A DNA stretch of 64,000 bases from Rhodothermales bacterium (GTDB lineage: Bacteria; Bacteroidota; Rhodothermia; Rhodothermales; JANQRZ01). Below are positions 9,266-20,700 of this stretch, in pieces. A program made the translations under genes and the position numbers. The notes beneath the pieces are model-generated. The model searched no databases and was not told the DNA's origin. It worked only from the letters and a program-made list of their open reading frames with translations. The first letter of the stretch is position 1. Every line of letters begins with the position of its first letter. The DNA is taken from contig JBBSMX010000004.1 of NCBI GenBank assembly GCA_038232935.1, positions 2,512-66,511 of the forward strand, given 5' to 3'.

Positions 9266-10801
9266 ATGGCTGAAGCTCAACAGGAAGGGGTCGCCCAAGC
9301 GGCCGCCACCGAGACCGAAGACAAGGGGAGCATCCTCGATTCCATCTTCCAGCAGGTCGCCGTCAGCGCGCCTACCGGGACCGTCGATGTCGGTGAGTTC
9401 GACGACGTAACGGCCAACGCAGACAAGCCGCGCGGGGCGGTCGTCGCCGCCGCCCTCCGCGTCTTCGTCGACGCCGTACACGACCTCGAAGGGCCAGTCC
9501 AGAAGGTGGACAAGGAGCTGATCGACTCGATGGTCGCCCAGCTCGACCACAAGCTCTCGCAGCAGCTCGACGTGATCATGCACCACGAGAAGTTCCAAGA
9601 GATGGAGTCCTCGTGGCGGAGTCTGAAGTTCCTCGTGGACCGGACGGACTTCCGCAAGAACGTCAAGATCGAGATGATCAACTGCTCGAAGGAGGACCTG
9701 CTGGAGTCCTTCGAGGACGCCCCCGAGCTGACGCAGTCGGCGCTCTACCGGCACATCTACACCAACGCCTACGACCAGCCCGGCGCAGATCCGTACAGCG
9801 CGATCGTCACGAACTACGAGTTCAAGAACACCCCGCAGGACATCTCGATTATGATGCAGGCGTCGAAGGTAGCGGCGGCGGCGCTATGCCCGTTCGTCGC
9901 GTCCGTCGGGTCGGACTTCTTCGGCAAGAAGTCCATGAGCGAGTTCAAGAAGATCCCGGACGTGACGGCCCACATGGAGACCGTCGACTACGTCAAGTGG
10001 AACGCGTTCCGCGAGAGCCCGGACGCCCGCTACCTCGCCCTCACGTTCCCGCGCTACATGCTCCGGCTCCCCTACGGCGAGGACACGGTCCCGGTCAAGA
10101 ACTTCAACTACAACGAGGAAGTCACCGGCGAGGACCACGACAAATACCTCTGGGGGAACGCCTCCTTCGCCTTTGCCTCGAACATGGTGCAGGCGTACGT
10201 CCGCGACGGGTGGAGCGTCCAGATCCGCGGCCCGCAGTCGGGTGGGAAAGTGGCGGACCTGCCGGTCCACCTCTACGACGTCGGTAAGGGCAAGCAGATG
10301 AAGATCCCGACGGAGGTGCCGATCTCGGAGACCCTCGAGTTCGAGTGCGCCAACCTCGGCCTCATCCCGCTCTCGATCTACGAGGGGAAGGACTTCGCCT
10401 GCTTCTTCTCGGCCAACTCGACGCAGTCCCCGACGCTCTACGACGACGCCGAGGCGACGGCCAACAGCCGCATCAATGCCCGGCTGCCGTACGTCATGCT
10501 CGGCTCTCGCATCGCGCACTACCTCAAGGTGCTTCAGCGCGAGAACATCGGCGCGACGAAGGACGCGGGCAAGATCGAGCAGGAGCTGAACAAGTGGCTC
10601 AGCGGCCTCGTCACGAAGATGCCGAATCCGAGCGAAGAGATGATCGCGAAATACCCCCTCCGCAGCGGGCAGGTGAAGGTCACGGACCAAGAGGACAACC
10701 CCGGCTTCTACCGCGTCGAGATGGCGATCATGCCGCACTTCCAGATCGAGGGGATGGACATCAACCTCTCGATGGTGAGCAAGATGCCGAAGGCGAAGTA
10801 A
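9266..10801 (+). CDS. tssC: T6SS sheath large subunit TssC (VipB)
   Basis: 511 aa. IMHHEKFQEMESSWRSLKFLVDR, LTFPRYMLRLPYGEDT, ..MAIMPHFQIEGMDINLSMV. Follows tssB. Confidence 0.93.
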   Translation: MAEAQQEGVAQAAATETEDKGSILDSIFQQVAVSAPTGTVDVGEFDDVTANADKPRGAVVAAALRVFVDAVHDLEGPVQKVDKELIDSMVAQLDHKLSQQLDVIMHHEKFQEMESSWRSLKFLVDRTDFRKNVKIEMINCSKEDLLESFEDAPELTQSALYRHIYTNAYDQPGADPYSAIVTNYEFKNTPQDISIMMQASKVAAAALCPFVASVGSDFFGKKSMSEFKKIPDVTAHMETVDYVKWNAFRESPDARYLALTFPRYMLRLPYGEDTVPVKNFNYNEEVTGEDHDKYLWGNASFAFASNMVQAYVRDGWSVQIRGPQSGGKVADLPVHLYDVGKGKQMKIPTEVPISETLEFECANLGLIPLSIYEGKDFACFFSANSTQSPTLYDDAEATANSRINARLPYVMLGSRIAHYLKVLQRENIGATKDAGKIEQELNKWLSGLVTKMPNPSEEMIAKYPLRSGQVKVTDQEDNPGFYRVEMAIMPHFQIEGMDINLSMVSKMPKAK

Positions 10802-10830
10802 ATTTTTATTTTTTATAGCAGTTGTGTCCC
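10799..10830 (+). promoter_or_regulatory. AT-rich element in the tssC-hcp spacer; candidate hcp promoter/UP region
   Basis: gtaaatttttattttttatagcag sits immediately after the tssC stop. A strong SD aaggagg lies at 10929-10935, ahead of the hcp ATG. Confidence 0.25.
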
Positions 10831-10941
10831 ATGGGGAGAGGCTCCTGCGTTTCCCCCTATGACACCCGAAGCTAGTCCCGCCGGCCCCGCCGGCTGGCTT
10901 CACCCGCGTCACTCACTTACTCACAGCAAGGAGGTTTTACC

Positions 10942-11412
10942 ATGGCCCTCGAAGGCGCACTGTATTACTCGAACGACATCGTAGGCAGCAACGAAAAGGG
11001 GGGGCGCGACGGCTCCTCCGCCGTGATCGAGTTCGATCACGAAGTCTACTCCCCGACGGACACCCAGCGCGGCATCGTCAGCGGCGCGCGTGTCCACGGC
11101 AACGTCGTCTTGACGAAGGAGATCGACACGGCCTCAGCCATCCTCTACCAGGCCTGCTGCAACGGCCAGACCCTCGACGAACTCAAGGTCGAGTGGTATC
11201 GGATCAATCCGATGGGACAGGAGGAGCTTTACTTCACGCACACGCTTTCGGGTGTGAAGGTGGCAGCCGTGGAGCAGATCCTCCCGAACACGAAGGATCC
11301 CAGCAAGGAGCACTTCCGCCACCTCGAGCGTCTGAAGCTGCTTTACGAGCGGATCAACTGGAAGCACGAGGAGGGCTACGAGTTCGAGGACGCATGGAAG
11401 GACGCGCAGTAG
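10942..11412 (+). CDS. hcp: T6SS tube protein Hcp (TssD)
   Basis: 156 aa. Size and position (after tssC, before tssE) fit Hcp, as do the blocks ..VIEFDHEVYSP.., ..TKEIDTASAILYQAC... Strong SD. Confidence 0.85.
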   Translation: MALEGALYYSNDIVGSNEKGGRDGSSAVIEFDHEVYSPTDTQRGIVSGARVHGNVVLTKEIDTASAILYQACCNGQTLDELKVEWYRINPMGQEELYFTHTLSGVKVAAVEQILPNTKDPSKEHFRHLERLKLLYERINWKHEEGYEFEDAWKDAQ

Positions 11413-11432
11413 CCGCCCACCGTTCGACCCCC

Positions 11433-11487
11433 GAAAGCCGCTTCCGGTCCACGGCCCATTCCCGGTCTGGAGGATCGGGCGGCTTTC
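11433..11487 (+). terminator. Stem-loop after hcp (possible attenuator/terminator)
   Basis: gaaagccgc (11433-11441) pairs with gcggctttc (11479-11487). The loop is large and is followed by a T-containing stretch. Not a textbook terminator. Confidence 0.3.
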
Positions 11488-11515
11488 AGCGTGTCAGCTT
11501 CGGTTCGTTCTCGTT

Positions 11516-11935
11516 ATGGAAGCAAGCATCTACGACATCCTGCGGGGCACCTTCGGCGACGGGCGTCGGGTTGCGAGCGTGAGCACGGACGCGTGGCGGG
11601 AGCGGAGCATCATATCCAACCTCGACCGGCTTATGAACACGCGGCGCGGGGCACTCTCCCACCTGTCGGAGTACGGGCTGCCGGATATCTCGGACGTCTA
11701 CCGCGACATGCCGGGGTCGATCACAGAGCTTCAGCAGGCTATCGAATCCGCCGTAGAGACGTACGAACCCCGCCTGCAGCATGTCCGTGTCGAGCACCAG
11801 TCCACGGACCGGTATTCGATGCAACTCGTGTTCTTGCTGACGGCGGAGACGTTGAACGGCGAGCGCATCCGCTTCAAGACGACGTTCTCGTCGGAGGATG
11901 AGGCGCACGTGGCCCCGGTCCGAAGCGCGGATTGA
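11516..11935 (+). CDS. tssE: T6SS baseplate subunit TssE (gp25/GPW lysozyme-like)
   Basis: 139 aa. SIISNLDRLMNTRRGALSHLSEYGLPDISDVY is the typical TssE/gp25 block. Confidence 0.88.
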   Translation: MEASIYDILRGTFGDGRRVASVSTDAWRERSIISNLDRLMNTRRGALSHLSEYGLPDISDVYRDMPGSITELQQAIESAVETYEPRLQHVRVEHQSTDRYSMQLVFLLTAETLNGERIRFKTTFSSEDEAHVAPVRSAD

Positions 11936-12025
11936 CGGGTCGTTTCGCACAAGAGGGTAGGGGATGCACCGAGCGGAGCCGGGTCGGGAGGGGAAAGAAA
12001 CCGAGCGAGATCACTTGCAGCAGGT

Positions 12026-13810
12026 ATGAGTCAGCGACGCTACTACGACGAGGAGATGCGCTACCTGCACGAAGCGGGGAAGGCGTTTGCGCGCGCGCAC
12101 CCCGAGCAGGCACGCTACCTTAACATCGACAGCGTGACCGACCGCGATCCGTACGTGGAGCGCCTCTTCGAAGGCTTTGCCCTGCTGACCGGTCGCATCC
12201 GCGAGCAGCTCGACGACGAACTGCCGCAGTACACCGAGGCGCTGTGCGAACTGCTGTTCCCCCACTTCCTCCGCCCCGTTCCCTCCCTCGCGATGGTAGG
12301 GTTTCGGGGACAGGCGGGACGGCTCCGCGAGACGACGCGGCTCCCACGCGGGACTGAGGTGCAGTCCGCCCCGGTTGGAGACGAAGGCGTCGTGTGCCGG
12401 TTCGTGACGACGCAGGACGTGTTCCTCCAGCCACTCAGCCTCGACGATGTGGCGCTCGCGTGGGCACCGGACGGCACCTCGAGCGTGGCCCTCTCGCTCG
12501 GGATGGGGGCCGGCGTCAGCCTTGCAGACCTCGATCTGCGCTCGCTCCGGCTCTACTTCCACGCCGAGCCGGCGACGGCCTCGGCCATGCACTACTTCTT
12601 TACCCGTCGGGTGCGTGAGATGACCGTCGAGAGCGGTCTGCCCGGCGGGCTCTCCATCGGGTTGGAGGGGTACGGACAGAACGAGGCGCTCACACTGCGT
12701 GGGCAGGAGTGGGTCCGGCCCGGCGGCCTCGACCCGAGCGAAGCCCTGCTCCCCCAGTCCGAGCGGTCGTTCTCCGGCCTCCGGCTTATGCAGGAGATGC
12801 TGTGCTTCCGGGCGAAGTTCTGGTGCGTCGATCTCCTCGGCCTCGATCGCTTCCGCCCCGAGACTGACCACGGCGCGCTCCGCGTCACCCTCCGCTTCGA
12901 CAGGGCATTCCCTCAACCGCAGCGGTTCGGGAAAGAGCAGGTCCGGCTGTTCACGAGTCCCGTCGTCAACCTGTTCGAGACGGACGGCGAGCCTGTGCGC
13001 GTGGACCACCGGAGCGCCGAGCACCGCGTGGTCCCAGACGCGAGCCATCGCAACGGCGTTGAGGTGTACGCGGTCCGGTCGGTGACGGGGATCGAGGACG
13101 TGACGGGGCGGCGGCACTCCTACCGCTCGCTCCTCTCGCCCGAGCGGGCGGCCGGCGGGCGGACCTACACCGCGGCATCGCGCCGCGGCCTCGCCTCCCG
13201 CTACGCGACGACGCTCGCCCTCCAGGGCATCACGCCGTCGGAAGGGCGGCTCCCCGTCGAGACGCTCTCGCTCGAACTCCGCTGCACGAACGGGGCGATC
13301 CCGCGCGAGCACCTCCGGGAGCACGCCCTCAAGCGCCTCGCCTCCCAGAGCGTGCGCGGCGTCGAGGTGGATAACTTTACGCAGCCGACGCTCATCCGCT
13401 ATCCTCCTACGGACCAGCATGCGGACTTCTACTGGATGCTGCTCTCGCACTGGTCGCTCAACTACCGCTCGGCAGCCACGCCCGAGGCGCTCGCCGGGGT
13501 GCTGAGCCTCTACGACTGGACCGATTCCGCGGTCAACAAGCAGCAGATCGAAGGCATCCGCGATGTGCGGTGGGCACCGAAGGAGCGCGTCCACCGGGGA
13601 GCCGTGCTGCGCGGTAGCGAGGTCACCGTCGAACTCGACGAGACACGGTTCGCCGATGTGGGCGATGCGGCCCTGCTCGGCCTCGGGCTCAGCCGGTTCT
13701 TCTCCGCCTACGCCACCCTCAACTCGTTCGTCCACCTCACCATCCTCCTCCTGCCCTCCGGGGAGCGGATGACGTGGGAGCCCGACAGCGGCGAGCAGCC
13801 GGTGCTATGA
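12026..13810 (+). CDS. tssF: T6SS baseplate subunit TssF (ImpG/VasA)
   Basis: 594 aa. N-terminus MSQRRYYDEEMRYLHEAGKAFARAHPEQARYLN.. is typical of TssF. Synteny tssE-tssF-tssG. Confidence 0.9.
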   Translation: MSQRRYYDEEMRYLHEAGKAFARAHPEQARYLNIDSVTDRDPYVERLFEGFALLTGRIREQLDDELPQYTEALCELLFPHFLRPVPSLAMVGFRGQAGRLRETTRLPRGTEVQSAPVGDEGVVCRFVTTQDVFLQPLSLDDVALAWAPDGTSSVALSLGMGAGVSLADLDLRSLRLYFHAEPATASAMHYFFTRRVREMTVESGLPGGLSIGLEGYGQNEALTLRGQEWVRPGGLDPSEALLPQSERSFSGLRLMQEMLCFRAKFWCVDLLGLDRFRPETDHGALRVTLRFDRAFPQPQRFGKEQVRLFTSPVVNLFETDGEPVRVDHRSAEHRVVPDASHRNGVEVYAVRSVTGIEDVTGRRHSYRSLLSPERAAGGRTYTAASRRGLASRYATTLALQGITPSEGRLPVETLSLELRCTNGAIPREHLREHALKRLASQSVRGVEVDNFTQPTLIRYPPTDQHADFYWMLLSHWSLNYRSAATPEALAGVLSLYDWTDSAVNKQQIEGIRDVRWAPKERVHRGAVLRGSEVTVELDETRFADVGDAALLGLGLSRFFSAYATLNSFVHLTILLLPSGERMTWEPDSGEQPVL

Positions 13811-14856
13811 CGGAGGCCGCCTCTCATATCGCCGAGCGCGAACAGCTCGATGAGGAGCCAACGACGCAGGGCGTGACGCCGCCGGAGCGCGGCATCTACG
13901 CCGACCTGTTCCGGACAGGCTATCGGTTCGATTTCTTCCAGGCCGTCCGCCTCCTCGAAGCCTTTTTCCCCGACGCGCCCCCGCCCGGCATGAGCGCCAA
14001 CCCTGCCGCCGAGCGCATCCGCTTCCGCCCGAACCCCGCCATGGTGTTCCCGTCGTCGGACGTGCGCTCTGTGACGTTGGACGAGGACGGGGCCGAGGTG
14101 ATGGTGACGTTCATGGGACTCTACGGGATCGCCTCGCCGCTCCCGATCTACCTCTACGAGGATCTCGCCACCGAGACGGACGACACCCTCCCGCTCCGCC
14201 ACTTCCTCGACATCTTCAACCACCGGCTCTACAGCTATTTCTACCGCGCGTGGAAGAAGTACCGCCCCGGTGGGATCGCGGAGGCAGACCGTGACGACAG
14301 CACGGCCCGCTTCCTCGCCGTAGCTGGGCTCGGGACGCCGGGTGCGCTCACCGACGCCCCCGTGTCCATCGGGCGCCTCGCCGGGTTCGCCGGGCTCCTC
14401 AACCGACGCGTCCGTAACGCAGAAGGATTGTACACGTTGCTGGCCGCGTTTACCGGCGGACTGAAGCTGGAGATCATCGAGAACGTGGTGCGGCGGGTAC
14501 GGGTGACGCAGCGGCCCCGCCTCGGGGGCGGAGGGCCCTCGGCCACGCTCGGCGGATCGGCCCTCCTCGGCGCGACCGTGCTCGACGCGGGCGGCAAGTT
14601 CCGCGTCGTCCTCGGCCCGATGGGACTGAATGATTTCGAATCCTACCTGCCCGGCGGCGAGAAAGCCGAAGCGCTCGGCTACCTCGTCCACCTTTACGCG
14701 CCCGACTTCCTCGACTTCGACGTGCTCCTTCGACTCGAAACCCAACACATGCCTGCCCTCCGCCTCGGCGACCGACAGGCCCGCCTCGGCGAAAATACCT
14801 GGGTGGGTCGCCCGCCCGACGCCGTCCTCACCGAACGCATCGTCACCTACGCCTAA
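13807..14856 (+). CDS. tssG: T6SS baseplate subunit TssG (ImpH/VasB)
   Basis: The ATG at 13807 overlaps the tssF stop (ATGA). YRFDFFQAVRLLE and MVTFMGLYGIASPLPIYLYE are TssG hallmarks. The ORF is open from 13774. Confidence 0.88.
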   Translation: MTEAASHIAEREQLDEEPTTQGVTPPERGIYADLFRTGYRFDFFQAVRLLEAFFPDAPPPGMSANPAAERIRFRPNPAMVFPSSDVRSVTLDEDGAEVMVTFMGLYGIASPLPIYLYEDLATETDDTLPLRHFLDIFNHRLYSYFYRAWKKYRPGGIAEADRDDSTARFLAVAGLGTPGALTDAPVSIGRLAGFAGLLNRRVRNAEGLYTLLAAFTGGLKLEIIENVVRRVRVTQRPRLGGGGPSATLGGSALLGATVLDAGGKFRVVLGPMGLNDFESYLPGGEKAEALGYLVHLYAPDFLDFDVLLRLETQHMPALRLGDRQARLGENTWVGRPPDAVLTERIVTYA

Positions 14857-14867
14857 CTCCCATCGCC

Positions 14868-17708
14868 ATGATCTCGAAAGACCTCAAGAAGCTCCTTCAG
14901 AAACTCAACGGCACCATGACGCGCGCCCTCGAAGCAGGGGCCGGGTTCAGCATCGCGCGCGGCCACTATGAGGTCACCACCGAGCACCTGCTCGCCAAGC
15001 TGCTCGAAGCCGGCGACGGCGACCTCCCCCGCATCCTCGACCGCTTCGGCGTGGACAACGGGAAGGTGTGGGAAGCGCTCATGGCGCGTTTGGAAAGCTT
15101 TAAGACCGGCAACACGGGCCGTCCCGCGTTCTCCCCGCTCATGCTCGACCTCGTCGAGAAAGCGTGGGTGGCGGGTTCCGTGCACCACGGCGACACGGAG
15201 GTCCGCTCGGGCTACCTCTTGGAGGCGATGCTGGAGAGCGAGGGGCTGCGGATGGACGAGGTGAAGGACGTGCTCCAGCCCGTCAAAGCCGAAGCGCTCC
15301 GCGACGACTTCTTCGAGATCGTCGCCGGCTCGTCCGAGAACCAGCCGTCGCACCGTGCCGGGGGGCCGAGTGCGAGCGGAGCCGGAAAGCGCGAGGGCGA
15401 GACCGCGCTCGACCTCTACACCGAGAACATCACGCAGAAAGCGCGTGACGGGAAGATCGACCCCGTGTTCGCCCGCGACGGCGAGATCCGGCAGATGGTG
15501 GATGTGCTCAGCCGCCGGCGCAAGAACAACCCGATCCTCGTCGGCGAGGCAGGCGTCGGCAAGTCCGCCGTGCTGGAAGGGTTCGCGCTCCGGCTGGCGC
15601 AGGGCGACGTGCCGGACAGCTTGAAGGAAGTCGAGATCGTCGCGCTCGACCTCGGGCTGTTGCAGGCCGGGGCCGGGGTGAAAGGCGAGTTCGAGAACCG
15701 GCTGAAGTCCGTGATCAAAGAGGTCAAAGAGGCCCCGAAGCCGACGATCCTCTTCATCGACGAGGCGCACACGCTCATTGGCGCGGGCGGGGCGGCGGGC
15801 ACGGCCGACGCCGCGAACCTGCTCAAGCCCGCCCTCGCGCGCGGCGAGCTCCGGACGGTCGCGGCGACGACGTGGAGCGAGTACAAGAAGTACATCGAGA
15901 AGGACCCCGCCCTCGAACGCCGTTTCCAGATGATCAAGGTCGATGAACCCTCCGTCGAGGACGCGTCGACGATGATGCGCGGGATCAAGTCGAAGTACGA
16001 GGATCACCACGACGTCCAGATCACGAACGCCGCCGCGCACGCCGCCGCCGCGCTTTCGGAGCGCTACATCACCGGCCGCCAACTCCCGGACAAAGCCGTG
16101 GACCTCATGGATACGGCCTCGGCTCGCGTCAAGATGAGCCAGTCCTCGAAGCCCGGTGCCGTCGACAACATCGAGCGCCGCCTGCTCGACCTCTCCATCA
16201 CCGCGAAGGCCATGCGGCGCGACCTCGATACCGGACTCACCCACGACCACGACGCCCTCAGCGCCATCGAGGCGGAGCACACTGAGTTCGAAGGGAAGCG
16301 CGACGCCCTGCTCGCCCGGTGGGAGCAGGAGCGCGACCTCGTGAAGCAGATCGACGGCCTCCGCCGCCAGATCTCCTCCAGCATCGGCGGCGATGGTTCG
16401 GCATCGCTCACCACAGGCTCCGCGCCGGCCGATCACCAGGCCCTCCGCGCCGACCTAGACCGGCTGAGCGCCGAGCTCGCCGCGATGCAGAAGGAGGAAG
16501 CGCTCGTCCACGCCGTCGTCAACGAGCACGTCATCGCCCGGATCATTGCGGATTGGACCGGCATCCCCGTCGGCAACATGGAGCAGGACGAGGCGCAGAT
16601 GCTGCTCCAACTCGAAGACCGCCTCCGCACAGCCATCAAAGGGCAGGACGAAGCGCTCGACCAGATCGCCGACTCGATCCGCACGGCGAAGGCGGGGATG
16701 GGCAATCCCGACGCGCCGATCGCCGTGTTCCTCCTCGTCGGGCCGAGCGGGACGGGCAAGACCGAGACGGCCAAGCAGCTCGCCGAGCTATTGTTCGGCG
16801 GCGAGCGCTTCCTTATCACCATCAACATGAGCGAGTACCAGGAGGCCCACACCGTCTCCTCGCTCAAAGGCTCGCCGCCCGGCTACGTCGGCTACGGCGA
16901 GGGCGGCGTGCTCACCGAGGCCGTCCGCCAGCGCCCGTACTCCGTCGTCCTCCTCGACGAAACGGAGAAGGCGCACCTCGACGTGATGGAGCTGTTCTAC
17001 CAGGTGCTCGACAGCGGTTTCATGCGCGATGGCGAGGGCCGCGAGATCAATTTCAAGAACACCATCATCCTGATGACCTCCAACATCGGGAGCGAGACCG
17101 TCGTCGAACTCGCGACCAGAGGCGATCGGCCCGATGCCGACACGCTGCGTACGGCCATCCACCCGCAGCTCGTCCACCACTTCCAGGCCGCCCTCCTGGC
17201 CCGGATGAAGGTGGTCCCGTACTTCCCGCTCGACAAGGTGGCCATCAGCCGGATCACCCGACTCAAGCTCAACAAGATCGGAAAGCGGCTCCGCAACACG
17301 CACGGGATGGCCTTCGAGTACGGCGACGACGTCGTGGACCGCATCGCCGAGCGCTGCACGCAGGTCGATTCCGGCGCGCGCAACATCGACTTCATCATCG
17401 ACCGGACGCTGCTCCCCGAGGCCTCGCGCGCTCTCCTCGCGCAGATGGCCGACGAGCACGTGCCCGAGCGGCTCGAACTCGGCATCAACGACCGCGGCGA
17501 CTTTACCTACACTTTCGACGGCGTCCGCTATGGCGCTGGCAACAGATTGGGCACCGATGAGCCGGAAGCCATCGATGAGCCGGAAGCCATAGCTACCGAC
17601 GAGGTTTCGATGGACGGTGAGACCGAAGCGGCTGTGATGCCTTCATCGGGAGATGGTGAGGTCGGGGAAGCCAGCGAGCCTGAGCGCCCCGAGACACCCG
17701 CTGAGTAG
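14868..17708 (+). CDS. tssH: T6SS AAA+ ATPase ClpV (TssH)
   Basis: 946 aa. Clp N-domain and two Walker A motifs (GEAGVGKSA, GPSGTGKTE). Carries an acidic low-complexity C-terminal tail. Confidence 0.93.
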   Translation: MISKDLKKLLQKLNGTMTRALEAGAGFSIARGHYEVTTEHLLAKLLEAGDGDLPRILDRFGVDNGKVWEALMARLESFKTGNTGRPAFSPLMLDLVEKAWVAGSVHHGDTEVRSGYLLEAMLESEGLRMDEVKDVLQPVKAEALRDDFFEIVAGSSENQPSHRAGGPSASGAGKREGETALDLYTENITQKARDGKIDPVFARDGEIRQMVDVLSRRRKNNPILVGEAGVGKSAVLEGFALRLAQGDVPDSLKEVEIVALDLGLLQAGAGVKGEFENRLKSVIKEVKEAPKPTILFIDEAHTLIGAGGAAGTADAANLLKPALARGELRTVAATTWSEYKKYIEKDPALERRFQMIKVDEPSVEDASTMMRGIKSKYEDHHDVQITNAAAHAAAALSERYITGRQLPDKAVDLMDTASARVKMSQSSKPGAVDNIERRLLDLSITAKAMRRDLDTGLTHDHDALSAIEAEHTEFEGKRDALLARWEQERDLVKQIDGLRRQISSSIGGDGSASLTTGSAPADHQALRADLDRLSAELAAMQKEEALVHAVVNEHVIARIIADWTGIPVGNMEQDEAQMLLQLEDRLRTAIKGQDEALDQIADSIRTAKAGMGNPDAPIAVFLLVGPSGTGKTETAKQLAELLFGGERFLITINMSEYQEAHTVSSLKGSPPGYVGYGEGGVLTEAVRQRPYSVVLLDETEKAHLDVMELFYQVLDSGFMRDGEGREINFKNTIILMTSNIGSETVVELATRGDRPDADTLRTAIHPQLVHHFQAALLARMKVVPYFPLDKVAISRITRLKLNKIGKRLRNTHGMAFEYGDDVVDRIAERCTQVDSGARNIDFIIDRTLLPEASRALLAQMADEHVPERLELGINDRGDFTYTFDGVRYGAGNRLGTDEPEAIDEPEAIATDEVSMDGETEAAVMPSSGDGEVGEASEPERPETPAE
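17556..17591 (+). repeat. Tandem 18-bp duplication inside the clpV acidic tail
   Basis: gatgagccggaagccatc followed by gatgagccggaagccata, encoding DEPEAI DEPEAI. Confidence 0.9.
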
Positions 17709-17758
17709 GGCCTACATATTCCTGATCATTCTACTCGCATTACACAGGTCAGCTTACG

Positions 17759-20700
17759 ATGCCGGAAAACAGGTTCTCATTTGAGGTCCAGGCGAACGAC
17801 GGTGACTCCACGGCCAAGCCTGCCAGACCCCCCACCGTAACGAGTTTTACTGTTCTGGCGTTCGAGGGGGAAGAGAAGGTCTCGCAGCCGTTCGAGTACC
17901 GGCTCGTCCTCGCCTATGAAAAAACGACCATCGATTTTGAGAAGGTGGTAAACCAGAATGCCACCCTCACGATGGAGTTGGTTGAGGTCTCAGCGGCCCC
18001 GACGACGGCCAGCAATGCAGCTAGCTCTACGGCAAGCACTACGACCAAGAGCAAGAAGGTCGTAAAGGGGATCGTGTCGAGCTTTCGGGTAACGCAGCAA
18101 CTCGACGACGGTCAACTGGAGTGCGAGGCAGTCCTCGTCCCCAAGCTGTGGCGGCTCGGGATGTTCTACCGGAGTCGGGTGTTTCAAGGCCTCACGGTGG
18201 TGGAGATCGTCGATAAGGTTTTGGGTCAGGACCTCGCCCCCCTCACCCAGGACCAGCTGGATGCAGCGGACTTGCTCGGCGGTGTTCCCGACACGAACAA
18301 TGTCCCCGCGCTCATCAAAGGGACGGACTACGACTTCAAGTTCACGGACCCGGTGGCGTTCGTGTATCCGAAGAGGGAGTTCGTCATGCAGTACCAAGAG
18401 ACCGACCTTGATTTCTTCCAGCGCTTGATCGAGGACATCGGGATCTATTACTATTTCGACGGTGGGAAGCTCATCTTTAACGATTCCAAGAGCCTACACC
18501 CTGACATAACGGGGAATAAAAGTGTAAAGTATCAGAAGGCGATGGCACCGGCTAAAGACCGCATATACCGCTTCGTGAGCAACGAGCGCGTGGTGCCTAA
18601 GACCGTTTCAGTCAGGGATTACGACTACGAGGCGTTCTCCCAGCACGCGAGCAAAAACATAGACACGAACACCACGAGTGCGGGAAATGACTACGCTCGT
18701 GTGGGGACCTACACCGAGCACGGACGATACGCTGTGGCGGACCGGGGGTGGGTGGGCCTGAAGACCGGTAAGGACGGTGATGGGATTCCTGCTGATCCTG
18801 TTACGAATGCCGAGGATAATCGCGTCAGCCGCTTGAAGCGCATCGCCCTCGTCCGGGCCGAAGAGCTCGAGGCGCAGCGAGAGCGGGGAGACGGGCTGTC
18901 GAACGTGTCGCGGCTCCAGGCGGGCCACGTCTTCACACTGGCCGGTCACTTCCTCACCCCGGTTAACGGGGACTACTTCATCACCTCGGTGCGTCACCGC
19001 TACGCCAAGGTCGCAACGAAGGTAAGGGAGACAATCAAGGTAAAAGACAAAGAACACACCGTAGAGCACACAGAGGAGAATCTGGTCTACGAGAACGAGT
19101 TCACCTGCCTGCCGGCTGGGATACAGTACCGCCCACCTCGCGTCACCCCAATTCCCCGCGTTCCCGGCATTATGACGGCGACGGTGAAGAATGACGACAA
19201 GATGGCCTACCTCGACGAGGAGGGTCGCTACCGCGTTCAGTTCCCCTTCGACCCTGCTCCCGAAGCTGGACCGTACAAGGGGAGTGAGGCCAAAAACCCC
19301 TCACGCCCGATCCGCCTCGCCCAGCCTTACGCTGGGAAGGATTTCGGGATGCACTTCCCCAACCGTGACAATGTGGAGATGGTGTTCGCCTGTCTCGACG
19401 GTGATCCCAACCGCCCTCTCGGCCTTTCCGTCGTCCCTACCCCCTGGATGCACTCGCCGGTCCCCAATACTGAACTCAAGCTAATCTCTCAGAACCCCGT
19501 AGCCGGCTCAGCTGCCTCTGCCGCTACTCAGGGGGGATCGGCCTGGGACGAGACCACCTTCGACGAGCTCAAAAACGTGATCCGCACGGCGGTCGGACAC
19601 CAGATTGTGATGGACGACGGCGATCCGGGGTCGAGTGTAGGCATCACGATTCAAACCGGGAAGTCGGAGAACGCCGCCGGGCGGGATCTGCACTGGAGCA
19701 GCAAGATCGAGATGGGCGGCTATCGCCACATGAGTCCCGTCGAACAAGCCTTCGGGATCGCCAGTCATACCATCGGGTGGCTCAAGACCGGCTTGAGCCG
19801 GGACTACCCTGGTCTCGCTTCGGGTGCCCTCGGGGCAGTAGCGTCGGCGGTCAACACCAACAACTACCTCGATGACACCTACGGGACTACGACACCGGTA
19901 GGAATTAACATAGCTACAAATAAAAATGTTGATATAACAGGAAAAGATGGAGTCAATATAACGTCACCCAACTTGTTTGGAATGTTTAGCTCTAGTCTGA
20001 TGGGTGAAGATAGTATAACGAAAAGAAGTCAATATTATGCAGAGGCTATATCGAAATTTGTTGTTAATACCGTTTGGCAGGATCTCGTAAGTAATACAGC
20101 CGAGCTGGCAGATGGACTAGCCGATAATATCAAGGATTACTCTAAAAAAGGGTATCCACACCCGCTGGGACAAGCGTTGTTGAACTGGCGGTCCAACATC
20201 ATAGATCAGCGCATTAGCGCTTTGTTTTTCACACTACTCCAGCGCACGGGAGTCAACATCTCCTCTATGGGCGAACTGAAGTTGACGTCGCTCCAAAGCA
20301 CGGCCGTCGCAGCAGGGCAGGGGGGGCTCACCCTGAATTCGTACGGAGGCATCGAGCAAAAGGCCGACCTCGATGTCAAGATTGAAGCTGCGCAAGGCAT
20401 CCGCATCGCTGCTGGAGGGGAGCGCTATAAGACGGACGGAATCCTAGGGGTCGTGGGGAAAAGAGCAAAGCCCTTTCTGCCCGTGCTAAAAGCCATTCAA
20501 TTTGTCTCGTCTTTGGGAGAGCGCCTAGGGCGAAAGAAGGAATACAACGAGGCGGAGTATCCTATAGAATTGGAAAACGAACAGGGTTCTATTTTCATTC
20601 ATACCGGTGGGCCTGACGAAGATGGGAAGGGCAATATTCTGATCCAGACCGAAGGGACGGGTGATATCAAAGCGTTTGCTAACAAAGAAAAGATTCATGG

